Assembly (NCBI GenBank): GCA_015522145.1
Contig: WAMV01000001.1
Span: 1-10,764, forward strand
Direction of reading: 5' to 3'
DNA length: 10,764 nucleotides
Source of the DNA: Candidatus Aenigmatarchaeota archaeon
GTDB lineage: Archaea > Aenigmatarchaeota > Aenigmatarchaeia > CG10238-14 > WAMV01
How positions within the stretch are numbered: the first letter of the stretch is position 1; the number at the start of each line of letters is the position of its first letter. The position numbers were made by a program, and so were the translations under genes. Positions 1 through 7,536 of the stretch are shown here, piece after piece. The notes below the pieces were generated by a model. It was not told the DNA's origin and did no database searches. It worked only from the letters and a program-made list of their open reading frames with translations.

Positions 1-170
1 GCCTTCATAATCATTCTTGCTTTATAGGCTTCTAAACCCTGGCCTATTATTTTTACGCCTCCATCAACTTCTATTTTAACATTTAAAGCATCTTCAACCT
101 TTTTTATCAACTCAGGATTTTTCCTTAGAATTTTTAGCTTTTCTTCTGTTATTTTTAGTGTGGATATCAT
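1..170 (-). CDS. KH-domain pre-rRNA processing protein (Dim2/Pno1-like), 5' part only; runs off the left edge
   Basis: Not in the ORF track. Read by hand from ATG 170-168: MISTLKITEEKLKILRKNPELIKKVEDALNVKIEVDGGVKIIGQGLEAYKARMIMKA..., open to the edge. The ATG overlaps the RIO1 stop (ATGA). aIF-1A/RIO1/KH is a known conserved archaeal gene cluster. Confidence 0.8.
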   Translation of the reverse strand, partial: MISTLKITEEKLKILRKNPELIKKVEDALNVKIEVDGGVKIIGQGLEAYKARMIMK

Positions 171-883
171 ATTTCCAATATTTGCTTTAATTCATTAAAT
201 AAATCTTCATCAACTTTACAACCTTTTTTCTTGAAAAAATTGTTTACGTTTTTAACGTCTCTTTCCAAAAATTCTGAAGCCAAAGGATGCAAACTTTTTA
301 TTGCTTGGCTAAAGTCAATAATGTAAGGCTTTTCCCAGTAAAGAATGTTGTACTCGCTTAAATCACCATGAATCAAACCAGCTTTAGCAAGATTTATCAT
401 ATCTTGCCTAACTAGCTCATACGTTTCTTGCCAATCTATACCTTCAACATCCACCAAGCGTGGAGCAGCCTGCATATTTTGGCCAATAAATTCCATGACT
501 AACACGTTGTTCATCAAAGCTATTGGCTTAGGCATGCTAACTTTAGCTTTGTAAGCGATTTTCATATTCTTGTATTCTCTTCTCGCCCAAAGAGTAACAA
601 CGTGCCATCTATCTTTTCTTACTCTTTGGAATCTTGGGTCAGCAACCAAATACTTCCACATTGATTTAAAATCGCAATACAGCGTTCTGTAAACTTTTAT
701 TGCCACAACATTTTTATCATAATCTAGGCCAGCAAGCACAACACTTTCTTTACCTTCTTTAACAACACTTTCAACACTATAAATAACTTTTTTCTTCATC
801 AACTCGAAAATGTTGAAAAGAGTTCTTTTATCGAAAATCTTGCTTTCTATCTTAAACTCTTCCAAAAAATTTTTACCACTCAT
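167..883 (-). CDS. rio1: RIO1-type atypical serine/threonine kinase (small-subunit ribosome biogenesis)
   Basis: GKES P-loop, AIKVY, W-x2-REY, VLVMEFIG, catalytic loop HGDLSEYNIL and metal-binding IIDFSQA. No N-terminal wHTH as in RIO2. Confidence 0.93.
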   Translation of the reverse strand: MSGKNFLEEFKIESKIFDKRTLFNIFELMKKKVIYSVESVVKEGKESVVLAGLDYDKNVVAIKVYRTLYCDFKSMWKYLVADPRFQRVRKDRWHVVTLWARREYKNMKIAYKAKVSMPKPIALMNNVLVMEFIGQNMQAAPRLVDVEGIDWQETYELVRQDMINLAKAGLIHGDLSEYNILYWEKPYIIDFSQAIKSLHPLASEFLERDVKNVNNFFKKKGCKVDEDLFNELKQILEI

Positions 884-1199
884 ATTCTAACGTTTTTATG
901 TAACCTTTTTTCTTTAACCAATTAGCTTGTGTTGGAGTGTATTTGAAAACTGCGTCCCCACGCTTGTCGCCCTGAATTTTCCATGGCTGAACTAGAATTA
1001 AGTCACCTGGTCTCATCCAAACCCTTTTCCTTAATTTTCCGGGAATTCTTACTATTCTAGTTTTTCCATCATCACAAACCACACGCATTTTGTCGCCGCC
1101 AAGCATTTCTTCTATAACGCCAAGCACCTCCCCTTCTTTAGGAATCCTAATACGACTAATCTCAAGCTCTTCCTGCGTCATTTCTTTTTTCTTACTCAT
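873..1199 (-). CDS. eif1a: Translation initiation factor aIF-1A (eIF-1A)
   Basis: 108 aa OB fold with GVIEEMLGG, CDDGKTRIVRIPGKLRKRVWMRPGDLILVQPW and KRGDAVFKY. Confidence 0.96.
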   Translation of the reverse strand: MSKKKEMTQEELEISRIRIPKEGEVLGVIEEMLGGDKMRVVCDDGKTRIVRIPGKLRKRVWMRPGDLILVQPWKIQGDKRGDAVFKYTPTQANWLKKKGYIKTLEYEW

Positions 1200-1810
1200 C
1201 TTTCCACCAAAGCTATTGTGTCTCTGTATAATCTTTTACCTAATTTTACAGTTATTAGTTTTTTAGTTATTTTCATTTTGGCATTATACTTTCTTTTAAG
1301 CTCAACAGCTATTTTATGAGCAAATGCTTTTGAACCTATGAATATATCAACACCATTAGGCAGGTATTCAACTTTTGTTATGAAAGCAAATTTATCTCTT
1401 TTCCTAGCTTGCCAGCTTTTCCTTTCTATATATTCTACAATTTTTTCGTAATTTGCTTTAAACCTTATTTGAAGCTTTGCATTGTAATAGCCTTGTTTTT
1501 GCAAACTACAGTAATGGCAAAGCTTGTAATTTTTTTTGATAGATATGCTTAACTCCAAACCCTCTTTTTCCAAAACCAATTCATCATTATAGCTTATTAG
1601 TTTAGCATCTAACTTTTTTGCAAGTTTTTTGAAATAAGGTTTTTGCAAAACTGTATCATTGCCCTTTATTATCATTCCACATTTCTCGCAAATCTTTAGC
1701 TCTATTTGTTTAGGCAACTTAGCTAAAATTTCCTCTTTGTAACAATCTTTACACAAACCTTCGTAAAGTTTATTAACACTTTTACCGCATTTTGGGCAAA
1801 ATTTCTTCAT
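1196..1810 (-). CDS. nmd3: NMD3-family protein (archaeal, short form)
   Basis: Four CxxC pairs (CPKC, CKDC, CEKC, CHYC), GYYNAKLQIR (NMD3 YEAxxQxR-like), GVDIFIGS and C-terminal GKRLYRDTI. Confidence 0.85.
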   Translation of the reverse strand: MKKFCPKCGKSVNKLYEGLCKDCYKEEILAKLPKQIELKICEKCGMIIKGNDTVLQKPYFKKLAKKLDAKLISYNDELVLEKEGLELSISIKKNYKLCHYCSLQKQGYYNAKLQIRFKANYEKIVEYIERKSWQARKRDKFAFITKVEYLPNGVDIFIGSKAFAHKIAVELKRKYNAKMKITKKLITVKLGKRLYRDTIALVER

Positions 1811-3048
1811 GGTTCTAATCTCTTCCTATCTCTTGGCCACATAGTAACTTCTCTTATATTTTGTCTTTTGGTTATTACCATTGTTAACCTTTCCAAACCA
1901 AAGCTAAAGCCTCCATGTCTTGGTGCTCCATACCTAAATGCATTTATGTAAGTTTCAAAATTCTTTGGATTTAATCCATTAGCTTTTATTCTTTCCTCTA
2001 GCAATTTGGGGTCATTAATCCTTACAGTTCCAGAAGAAATTTCCAGACCATTAAATATAACATCAAAAGCCATGGCAACTTCTTCATTCTTAGGCATTGC
2101 ATAAAATGGCTTTAAGCTGAGCGGCCAGTCTTTAAGTATAAACACATTGCCAAAAATGTCTGCAAGCATCTTTTCTTGGCTTTTGCTAAAATCATCTCCA
2201 AACTCAATTTGCTCACCTTTCTTTTGCAATGCTTCTATTGCTTCCTTGTAAGTTACTCTTTTTATAGGCAGTTTAATTTCCTCTAGCTCAACGTTAAGTA
2301 GCTTAAGCTGTTCTTCAGCTTCATTTCTAACTTTATCCACTATATGCTTAAGCAACTGTTCAAGAACTTTTAGCACGTCTTCATCATCTTTTATGAAAGC
2401 AATCTCTACATCCATTTGCCTAATTTCATTTAAATGAGTTGGTTGGTCAAATTTTTCTGCACGCCAAACAGGCATTATACAAAAAACCTTGTGCCAGGAA
2501 ATTGCTGCCATTTGCTTGTAAAGTTGGGGAGATTGTGCAAGATAAGCTTGCCTTTCAAAATAAGGCAAAGGAAAGAGTTCAGCACCACCCTCGCTAGCAC
2601 TTGCTATTATACCAGGCGGTTGTATTTCCAAAAACCCATTGTTTATTAACCATTCCCTAAAACCTTGTATAATTTTGTTTTGGATTTTGAAAATTGCAAG
2701 AGTTTCTTGATTTCTTAAATCTAAAAATCTCCAGTTTAGCTTTGTGTCTAGCATAGCAGGAGTTTTGCCACTGGGGTCAAGGGGCAATGGTTTCTCAGCT
2801 AAAGCCTCTATTTCTAGCTTTTCAACAACAAACTCTTTTCCTTGCAAAGCCTGCTCATTTTCTTGCCAATAACCATGAAGCTTAACTGCTGATTGCCTCG
2901 TTAATTCTTTAACATCTTTCCAGGTTTTTTCATCAACATTCTCTTTTTTGACTATTGCTTGAAATTTTCCTTTAGGGTGAAAAATAACTAAGAATACAAT
3001 TTTGCCCACATCTCTTATTTCTTCAACCCACCCAACTTGAGTTTCCAT
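1807..3048 (-). CDS. aspS: Aspartyl-tRNA synthetase, archaeal type (tRNA discrimination status uncertain)
   Basis: OB-fold start GWV..RD.GK..F, PLPLDP, RFLDLR, EGGAELF, LAQSPQLYKQ (AspRS rather than AsnRS signature), motif 2 WRAE..HLNE, KPFY, motif 3 HGGFSFGLER and C-terminal PRD..RL.P. Confidence 0.93.
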   Translation of the reverse strand: METQVGWVEEIRDVGKIVFLVIFHPKGKFQAIVKKENVDEKTWKDVKELTRQSAVKLHGYWQENEQALQGKEFVVEKLEIEALAEKPLPLDPSGKTPAMLDTKLNWRFLDLRNQETLAIFKIQNKIIQGFREWLINNGFLEIQPPGIIASASEGGAELFPLPYFERQAYLAQSPQLYKQMAAISWHKVFCIMPVWRAEKFDQPTHLNEIRQMDVEIAFIKDDEDVLKVLEQLLKHIVDKVRNEAEEQLKLLNVELEEIKLPIKRVTYKEAIEALQKKGEQIEFGDDFSKSQEKMLADIFGNVFILKDWPLSLKPFYAMPKNEEVAMAFDVIFNGLEISSGTVRINDPKLLEERIKANGLNPKNFETYINAFRYGAPRHGGFSFGLERLTMVITKRQNIREVTMWPRDRKRLEP

Positions 3049-3090
3049 AGATTTAATTTTAAAAGAATATGCATAAATTAAATTAATTCA
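3049..3090. promoter_or_regulatory. 42-bp AT-rich divergent promoter region between aspS and tRNA-Phe
   Basis: TTTTAAAA at 3057-3064 lies about 27-34 nt upstream of tRNA-Phe. Minus-strand TTTAATTTAT lies about 25-35 nt upstream of the aspS ATG. Both match archaeal TATA-box spacing. Confidence 0.5.
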
Positions 3091-3164
3091 GGGGCGGTAG
3101 CTCAGCCCGGGAGAGCGACCGGCTGAAGACCGGTGTGTCGTGGGTTCAAATCCCACCCGCCCCA
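3091..3164 (+). tRNA. tRNA-Phe(GAA), intronless, CCA not encoded
   Basis: Cloverleaf: acceptor GGGGCGG/CCGCCCC plus discriminator A; D stem GCTC/GAGC; anticodon stem ACCGG/CCGGT with loop CT-GAA-GA; T stem GTGGG/CCCAC with loop TTCAAAT. Confidence 0.98.
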
Positions 3165-3172
3165 TTTTATAA
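3165..3172 (+). promoter_or_regulatory. TATA-box-like TTTTATAA for the endonuclease Q gene; may double as the T-run after tRNA-Phe
   Basis: Lies 22-29 nt upstream of ATG 3194, consistent with a leaderless transcript. Confidence 0.45.
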
Positions 3173-3193
3173 TAAAACACATAATTTTTGTGT

Positions 3194-5605
3194 ATGAGGA
3201 TAATAGCTGATTTTCATTTACATTCAAAATATTCTAGGGCTACAAGCAAAGAAATGAGTATAGAGGGTTTGGCAAGAGGCGCTAAAGAAAAAGGATTGAA
3301 TTTGTTAGGCACAGGAGATTTTACACATCCTTTATGGCTTAAAGAGCTAAAATCAAAGCTAAAACCTTTAGGTAATGGAATTTATGAATATGATGATGTT
3401 TATTTCATATTAACTGCAGAAGTTGCAACTTATTTTAAAAGAAATGGAAAGCAAAAGCGTGTGCATCATGTTATTCATGCTCCAAGCTTCGAAGTTGTGG
3501 AACAAATTAATGAACGATTAAGCAAATTTGGAGATTTGAAAGCTGATGGAAGACCAATTTTAAGCATGAGTGCTGCAGAGCTAGTAGAAACTATTAAGCA
3601 AGTTGATAAAAACGTTTTTGTTTATCCTGCACATTGTTTAATACCCCAAACCAAAATAATCACAAACCCACATGCTAAAAATATAGAAGAGATTAAAGTT
3701 GGTGATAAGGTTCTTACACATTTAGGAAGATATAGAAAAGTTACTCAAGTTTTTAAAAGAAACTATAAAGGAATTATCTATCATATCATTCCTTGGTATT
3801 TCAGCTTGGGTATAAAGGTTACGCCGGAGCATCCATTTCTTGCAATTAAAAGCTATAAGAAATGCAAAACTACAAGAGGACTTTGTAGGCCATTATGCTC
3901 TTCTACAAATTCTTGTAAAAGAAAGTACTTTGAAAAATACAAGCTAACATGGATAATGGCAAAGGATTTGGAGAAAGGAGATGTTATAGTATTCCCAAGA
4001 TTGAAACAAATAAGGGACAAGAAGTTTTTTGTTTTTACTTACAAATCCAAACGTTATAAAATAAAAATAGATGCTGAATTTTGCAGACTTCTTGGCTATT
4101 ATTTGGCAGAAGGTTATACAAATGCAAGAGATGCCATAGCTTTTACTTTTAATCCAAATGAAAAGGAGTATATAGAGGATGTTAAAAGATTAATAAAGAA
4201 GAAGTTTGGAGTGGAAGCTAAAAACGGGAAAGGAGAAGGAGACATTGTTTTTTATTCTAAGTTTTTGAGAGTCTTGTTTGAAAAGTTATGCTATTTCACA
4301 AAACCTTACAAAGCTTATAACAAAGCATTGCCAGATTGGGCTCTTTACTTGCCTTTAGAAAAGCAGGCAGAAATATTAAGAGGGTGGTTTAGGGGAGATA
4401 AAGGCTATACTTCTTCTTTCATTTTGGCAAATCAAATGAAACTAATTTGCATAAGGCTGGGTGTTGTGCCCTGCATATATATTGATACGAAATTAAAGCA
4501 TGAAAAAAGAGGGAAACATTTTATCGCAGAAAGAAAAATAATGGCTAGGCATGATGTTTATTCATTCCACTATTTGGTGTTTTTTGAAGACAAATTTAAC
4601 TTGCTAAGCGATAAAGCTTTCTCTCGATTTAAAATTAGGAGAAATTCTAGGCATGGTTGGATTGATGAAAATTATGTTTATCTTCCTATCAGAAAAATAA
4701 AAACAGAGCATTATGAAGGCATTGTTTTCAATTTGGAAGTTGAGGAGGATAACTCTTATGTTGCAGAATGTGCAGCAATCCACAATTGTTGGACTCCCTG
4801 GATGTCTTGCTTAGGCAGCAAATCAGGCTTTGATTCTGTTGATGAATGCTATGAGGATCAAGTAAAGCATGTTTATGCTTTAGAAACTGGCTTATCTAGT
4901 AATCCACCCATGAACTGGCGTGTAAGTAGCTTGGATAAATTTACTCTTTTAAGCAATAGTGATAGTCATAGTCCATGGCCTTGGCGCTTAGGCAGGGAAG
5001 CAAATGTTTTTGAACTTAAAAAATTTAGCTACAAACATTTGCATGAAGTAATAAAGAAAAAGGACAAAAAACAATTCCTTTACACAATAGAAGTAGACCC
5101 AAATTATGGCAAATACCATTATACTGGCCATAGAGCATGCAATGTTTTCATGCATCCTAAAGAAGCTTTAAAAATCAACAATATCTGTCCAGTGTGTGGC
5201 AAAAAGCTAACTGTGGGAGTTATGCAAAGAGTTGAAGAGCTTGCAGATAGGCCAGAAGGCTATAAGCCAAAGGATGCGATTCCTTACAAAACTCTGCTGC
5301 CGCTTTATGAAATAATCTCTTTTGCTTTAAACGTTAAGCAACTTTACTCTAAAAAAGTTTTGCAAATACACGATAAGCTTATAAAAGAAATTGGTAATGA
5401 GCTAAAAGTTTTGCTTGAAGCGGATAGGGAAACAATAGCTAAGCTAAGTAATGAAAAAATTGCCGATGCAATAATAAAAGTAAGGGAAGGAAAAGTTAAG
5501 TTTAGGCCTGGTTATGACGGAGTTTATGGCCAGCCAATTTTTAACGATGAAAAAATAGAAGCTATTTCTTCCAAACAAAAAAGTCTTGTGGATTTTAAAG
5601 CGTAA
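3194..5605 (+). CDS. endoQ: Endonuclease Q family PHP-domain nuclease (TIGR00375-like), intein-containing precursor; about 419 aa after splicing
   Basis: ADFHLHSKYSRATS, GTGDFTHP, TAEV, VHHVI, DGRP, PAH|CWTPW (reconstituted after intein removal), ETGLSS, SNSDSHS, LGREAN, GKYHYTGHRAC...CPVCG zinc site, GVMQRVEELADR and PGYDGVYG. ATG 3194 is preferred over TTG 3188. Confidence 0.9.
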   Translation: MRIIADFHLHSKYSRATSKEMSIEGLARGAKEKGLNLLGTGDFTHPLWLKELKSKLKPLGNGIYEYDDVYFILTAEVATYFKRNGKQKRVHHVIHAPSFEVVEQINERLSKFGDLKADGRPILSMSAAELVETIKQVDKNVFVYPAHCLIPQTKIITNPHAKNIEEIKVGDKVLTHLGRYRKVTQVFKRNYKGIIYHIIPWYFSLGIKVTPEHPFLAIKSYKKCKTTRGLCRPLCSSTNSCKRKYFEKYKLTWIMAKDLEKGDVIVFPRLKQIRDKKFFVFTYKSKRYKIKIDAEFCRLLGYYLAEGYTNARDAIAFTFNPNEKEYIEDVKRLIKKKFGVEAKNGKGEGDIVFYSKFLRVLFEKLCYFTKPYKAYNKALPDWALYLPLEKQAEILRGWFRGDKGYTSSFILANQMKLICIRLGVVPCIYIDTKLKHEKRGKHFIAERKIMARHDVYSFHYLVFFEDKFNLLSDKAFSRFKIRRNSRHGWIDENYVYLPIRKIKTEHYEGIVFNLEVEEDNSYVAECAAIHNCWTPWMSCLGSKSGFDSVDECYEDQVKHVYALETGLSSNPPMNWRVSSLDKFTLLSNSDSHSPWPWRLGREANVFELKKFSYKHLHEVIKKKDKKQFLYTIEVDPNYGKYHYTGHRACNVFMHPKEALKINNICPVCGKKLTVGVMQRVEELADRPEGYKPKDAIPYKTLLPLYEIISFALNVKQLYSKKVLQIHDKLIKEIGNELKVLLEADRETIAKLSNEKIADAIIKVREGKVKFRPGYDGVYGQPIFNDEKIEAISSKQKSLVDFKA
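3635..4786 (+). mobile_element. Intein (384 aa) with LAGLIDADG homing-endonuclease domain inserted in endoQ
   Basis: Block A CLIPQTKI (Cys1 = TGT 3635), block B VTPEHPF, block C LLGYYLAEG (4088-4114), block E-like ILRGWFRGD (4373-4399), block F VFNLEVEEDNSY and block G IHN followed by the +1 Cys (TGT 4787). Removal restores PAHCWTPW. Confidence 0.95.
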
Positions 5606-5637
5606 GCTTAAAAACAAATTTTTACAAAAAAATCCAT

Positions 5638-6207
5638 ATGAAGAAGAAAAAAATTTGGGAAGGTGAGCTTGTCGAAGATAAAGTTATAATTTGGTCTCCT
5701 GATGCCGTTGAGCTTTATGATAAGAAAGGCTATGGTAAACCAATGCCAGAAGAAAATCCACAAAGACTGGAGCTTGATTTGGTAGAGGCTGTTTATCTTG
5801 CTGAGAAAGGAAGACTTAAGGTTTATGTTAAACAAAATGGAGAGAAAAATTATCTTAGCTTGGACGATTTGATGAGAATTGGGCAGGATAGAGTTTTAAA
5901 TTTCCACACCCAATTTATAGTTTACAAAGATTTGAGGGATAGGGGCTTCCTAGTCAAAACGGGTTTCAAGTTTGGCACGCATTTCAGAGTTTATGATAGG
6001 GGAGTTAAGCTAAAAAGAGGACCAAAGGCTCCACATGAGCACACAAAATGGGTTGTGCATGCTGTAAGTGAGAATGCAGCATTTAGCCTGCCAGAGATGT
6101 CTAGGGCAGTAAGACTTGCCCACAACATAAGAGCTAAAATGCTCTGGGCAGTTGTAGACAAAGAGAATGATGTAACGTATTACGAGATAACGAGAATTAC
6201 GCCTTGA
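5638..6207 (+). CDS. endA: tRNA-splicing endonuclease (tRNA-intron lyase), single-unit alpha-type subunit
   Basis: LELDLVEAVYL, VYKDLRDRGFLVKTGFKFGTHFRVY, EH, RLAHNIR, AVVD...VTYY and terminal RITP. 189 aa fits a homotetramer unit or a catalytic alpha subunit. Confidence 0.93.
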   Translation: MKKKKIWEGELVEDKVIIWSPDAVELYDKKGYGKPMPEENPQRLELDLVEAVYLAEKGRLKVYVKQNGEKNYLSLDDLMRIGQDRVLNFHTQFIVYKDLRDRGFLVKTGFKFGTHFRVYDRGVKLKRGPKAPHEHTKWVVHAVSENAAFSLPEMSRAVRLAHNIRAKMLWAVVDKENDVTYYEITRITP

Positions 6208-6213
6208 GGTGAT
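6206..6213 (+). promoter_or_regulatory. Shine-Dalgarno site for rps17e
   Basis: GAGGTGAT overlaps the endA stop, ends 3 nt before GTG 6217, and is complementary to the archaeal 16S 3' end. Confidence 0.7.
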
Positions 6214-6216
6214 GAA

Positions 6217-6408
6217 GTGGGGAGAATTAAAACAAGCCTAGTAAAAAGAATAGGTGAAAAAATTTACGAGCAATACAAAGACAAATTTAGCGATGATTTT
6301 GAAAAGAACAAAGAAATAGTAAAGCAAATTCTACCAATACACAGCAAGAAAATGATAAATGTCATTACTGGCTACATTACAAGGCTTGTTGAAAGAAAAG
6401 AAGAATAG
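6217..6408 (+). CDS. rps17e: 30S ribosomal protein S17e
   Basis: MGRIKTSLVKR, FSDDFEKNK, SKKMINVITGYIT; 63 aa; GTG start with SD. Confidence 0.96.
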   Translation: MGRIKTSLVKRIGEKIYEQYKDKFSDDFEKNKEIVKQILPIHSKKMINVITGYITRLVERKEE

Positions 6409-6438
6409 ATTTATTGTTTATTTTTCAAAGTTTTTATT

Positions 6439-7536
6439 ATGAAAGCACGCATAGATGAGTTTGCCTTTATACTTCTTGCAGGTTTGGCTTTTATTTTAAT
6501 ATTTGCCTTCTTCTCTCAGACAGTTGTCTCAGACATAATAGTTGAGCCAAGCTCAATAAACGCAAAGCTTGTGGAGGGTAGCTTCAAAACCTTTGTCATA
6601 ACAATAAAATCCAATTCCAGCAATGTTTCCATTGATGTTGAGGGAAATTTAAAACCTTATTTGACGCTAGATTCAACAAACTTTGATGTGTTTGGAGAGA
6701 GAGAAGTTAGAATGTTTTTTGAAGCTAAAAGAGAGGGCACATTTTCAGGAAAGCTGATTGTTAAAAATCCTTACAAAGAGTTCATAGTTCCTGTAAACAT
6801 AGAAGTCGTAAAAGAAGAAGATGTAGAGAGTTTGATGGTTCAAGATATTATACCTTTGGGCAACTTTAACATATTCTTGGAAGAAAATGTTAGCTTAGTT
6901 TTAGCAGAAGAAAAATCAACAAAGCTGATAACAACAGGATTTGAATCCAATTATTTAACGTTGGAATTTTCTTTGAGTCCAAACGTGGATAAAAAATCTT
7001 TAATTTTGAATTTAGAGCTAGAAGATTATAACGGAGCAGCACCTCTGATAGTTGAGCTTAATGGAGAAACAATTTATAATGACGTTCCTCAAAAAAATCT
7101 ACTTCAAATAGAATTGTCTGAAGGCCTATTAGCTAATACCAACGTTGTAAAGGTATATGCAGATTTGCCTCCAATACCCTGGCTGCAAAATTACTATAGC
7201 ATAAAAAATGCAAAGATTGAAGCAAGAACTATTCAAAAACCAGAAGTAATTTTTAATTTTAATCTAAGCGAGAAGCAAGCAAACAATTTCCTAAAGCTGA
7301 AAATCGAATTCTTGGCAAGGGAAAATAAAGTTAAACAACTTTACATCTCTTTAAACAATCAGCTTTTATATGCTAGTAAACCACCTTTGGTAGCATTTTC
7401 TAAAACTTTTGAAAATGATTTGTTTGGTAATCCTTTGTTCGTGAGAATGGAAGAGAATGAGCTAAGAATAAGGCTGGAAGAACCGGGCAAGCTGATTGCA
7501 ACTAATGTAAACCTTTACATATACTACTTAAACTAG
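6439..7536 (+). CDS. Hypothetical N-terminally anchored/secreted beta-rich surface protein
   Basis: N-terminal hydrophobic helix FAFILLAGLAFILIFAFF, then alternating beta-strand patterns (Ig-like start: IVEPSSINAKL...TFVITIK...FSGKLIV...IVPVNIEV) and sequons NSS, NVS, NVS, NLS. No family recognised. Confidence 0.7.
   Translation: MKARIDEFAFILLAGLAFILIFAFFSQTVVSDIIVEPSSINAKLVEGSFKTFVITIKSNSSNVSIDVEGNLKPYLTLDSTNFDVFGEREVRMFFEAKREGTFSGKLIVKNPYKEFIVPVNIEVVKEEDVESLMVQDIIPLGNFNIFLEENVSLVLAEEKSTKLITTGFESNYLTLEFSLSPNVDKKSLILNLELEDYNGAAPLIVELNGETIYNDVPQKNLLQIELSEGLLANTNVVKVYADLPPIPWLQNYYSIKNAKIEARTIQKPEVIFNFNLSEKQANNFLKLKIEFLARENKVKQLYISLNNQLLYASKPPLVAFSKTFENDLFGNPLFVRMEENELRIRLEEPGKLIATNVNLYIYYLN

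Noticed and set aside
2434..2649. 71-aa + strand ORF
   Set aside because: Antisense shadow inside aspS with no recognisable motif.
3188..3193. TTG start for endoQ given in the ORF track
   Set aside because: ATG 3194 gives the family-typical start (MRIIADFHLH) and suitable TATA spacing.
5608..5835. 75-aa - strand ORF
   Set aside because: Antisense to endA; the Phe/Ile/Leu richness is the expected mirror of A-rich sense codons.
6439..6510. Class III (pilin-like) signal peptide in MKARIDEFAF...
   Set aside because: K-A is followed by Arg at +1, Asp at +3 and Glu at +4, a poor fit to the hydrophobic +1 to +4 / Glu +5 pattern. Treated as a generic anchor.
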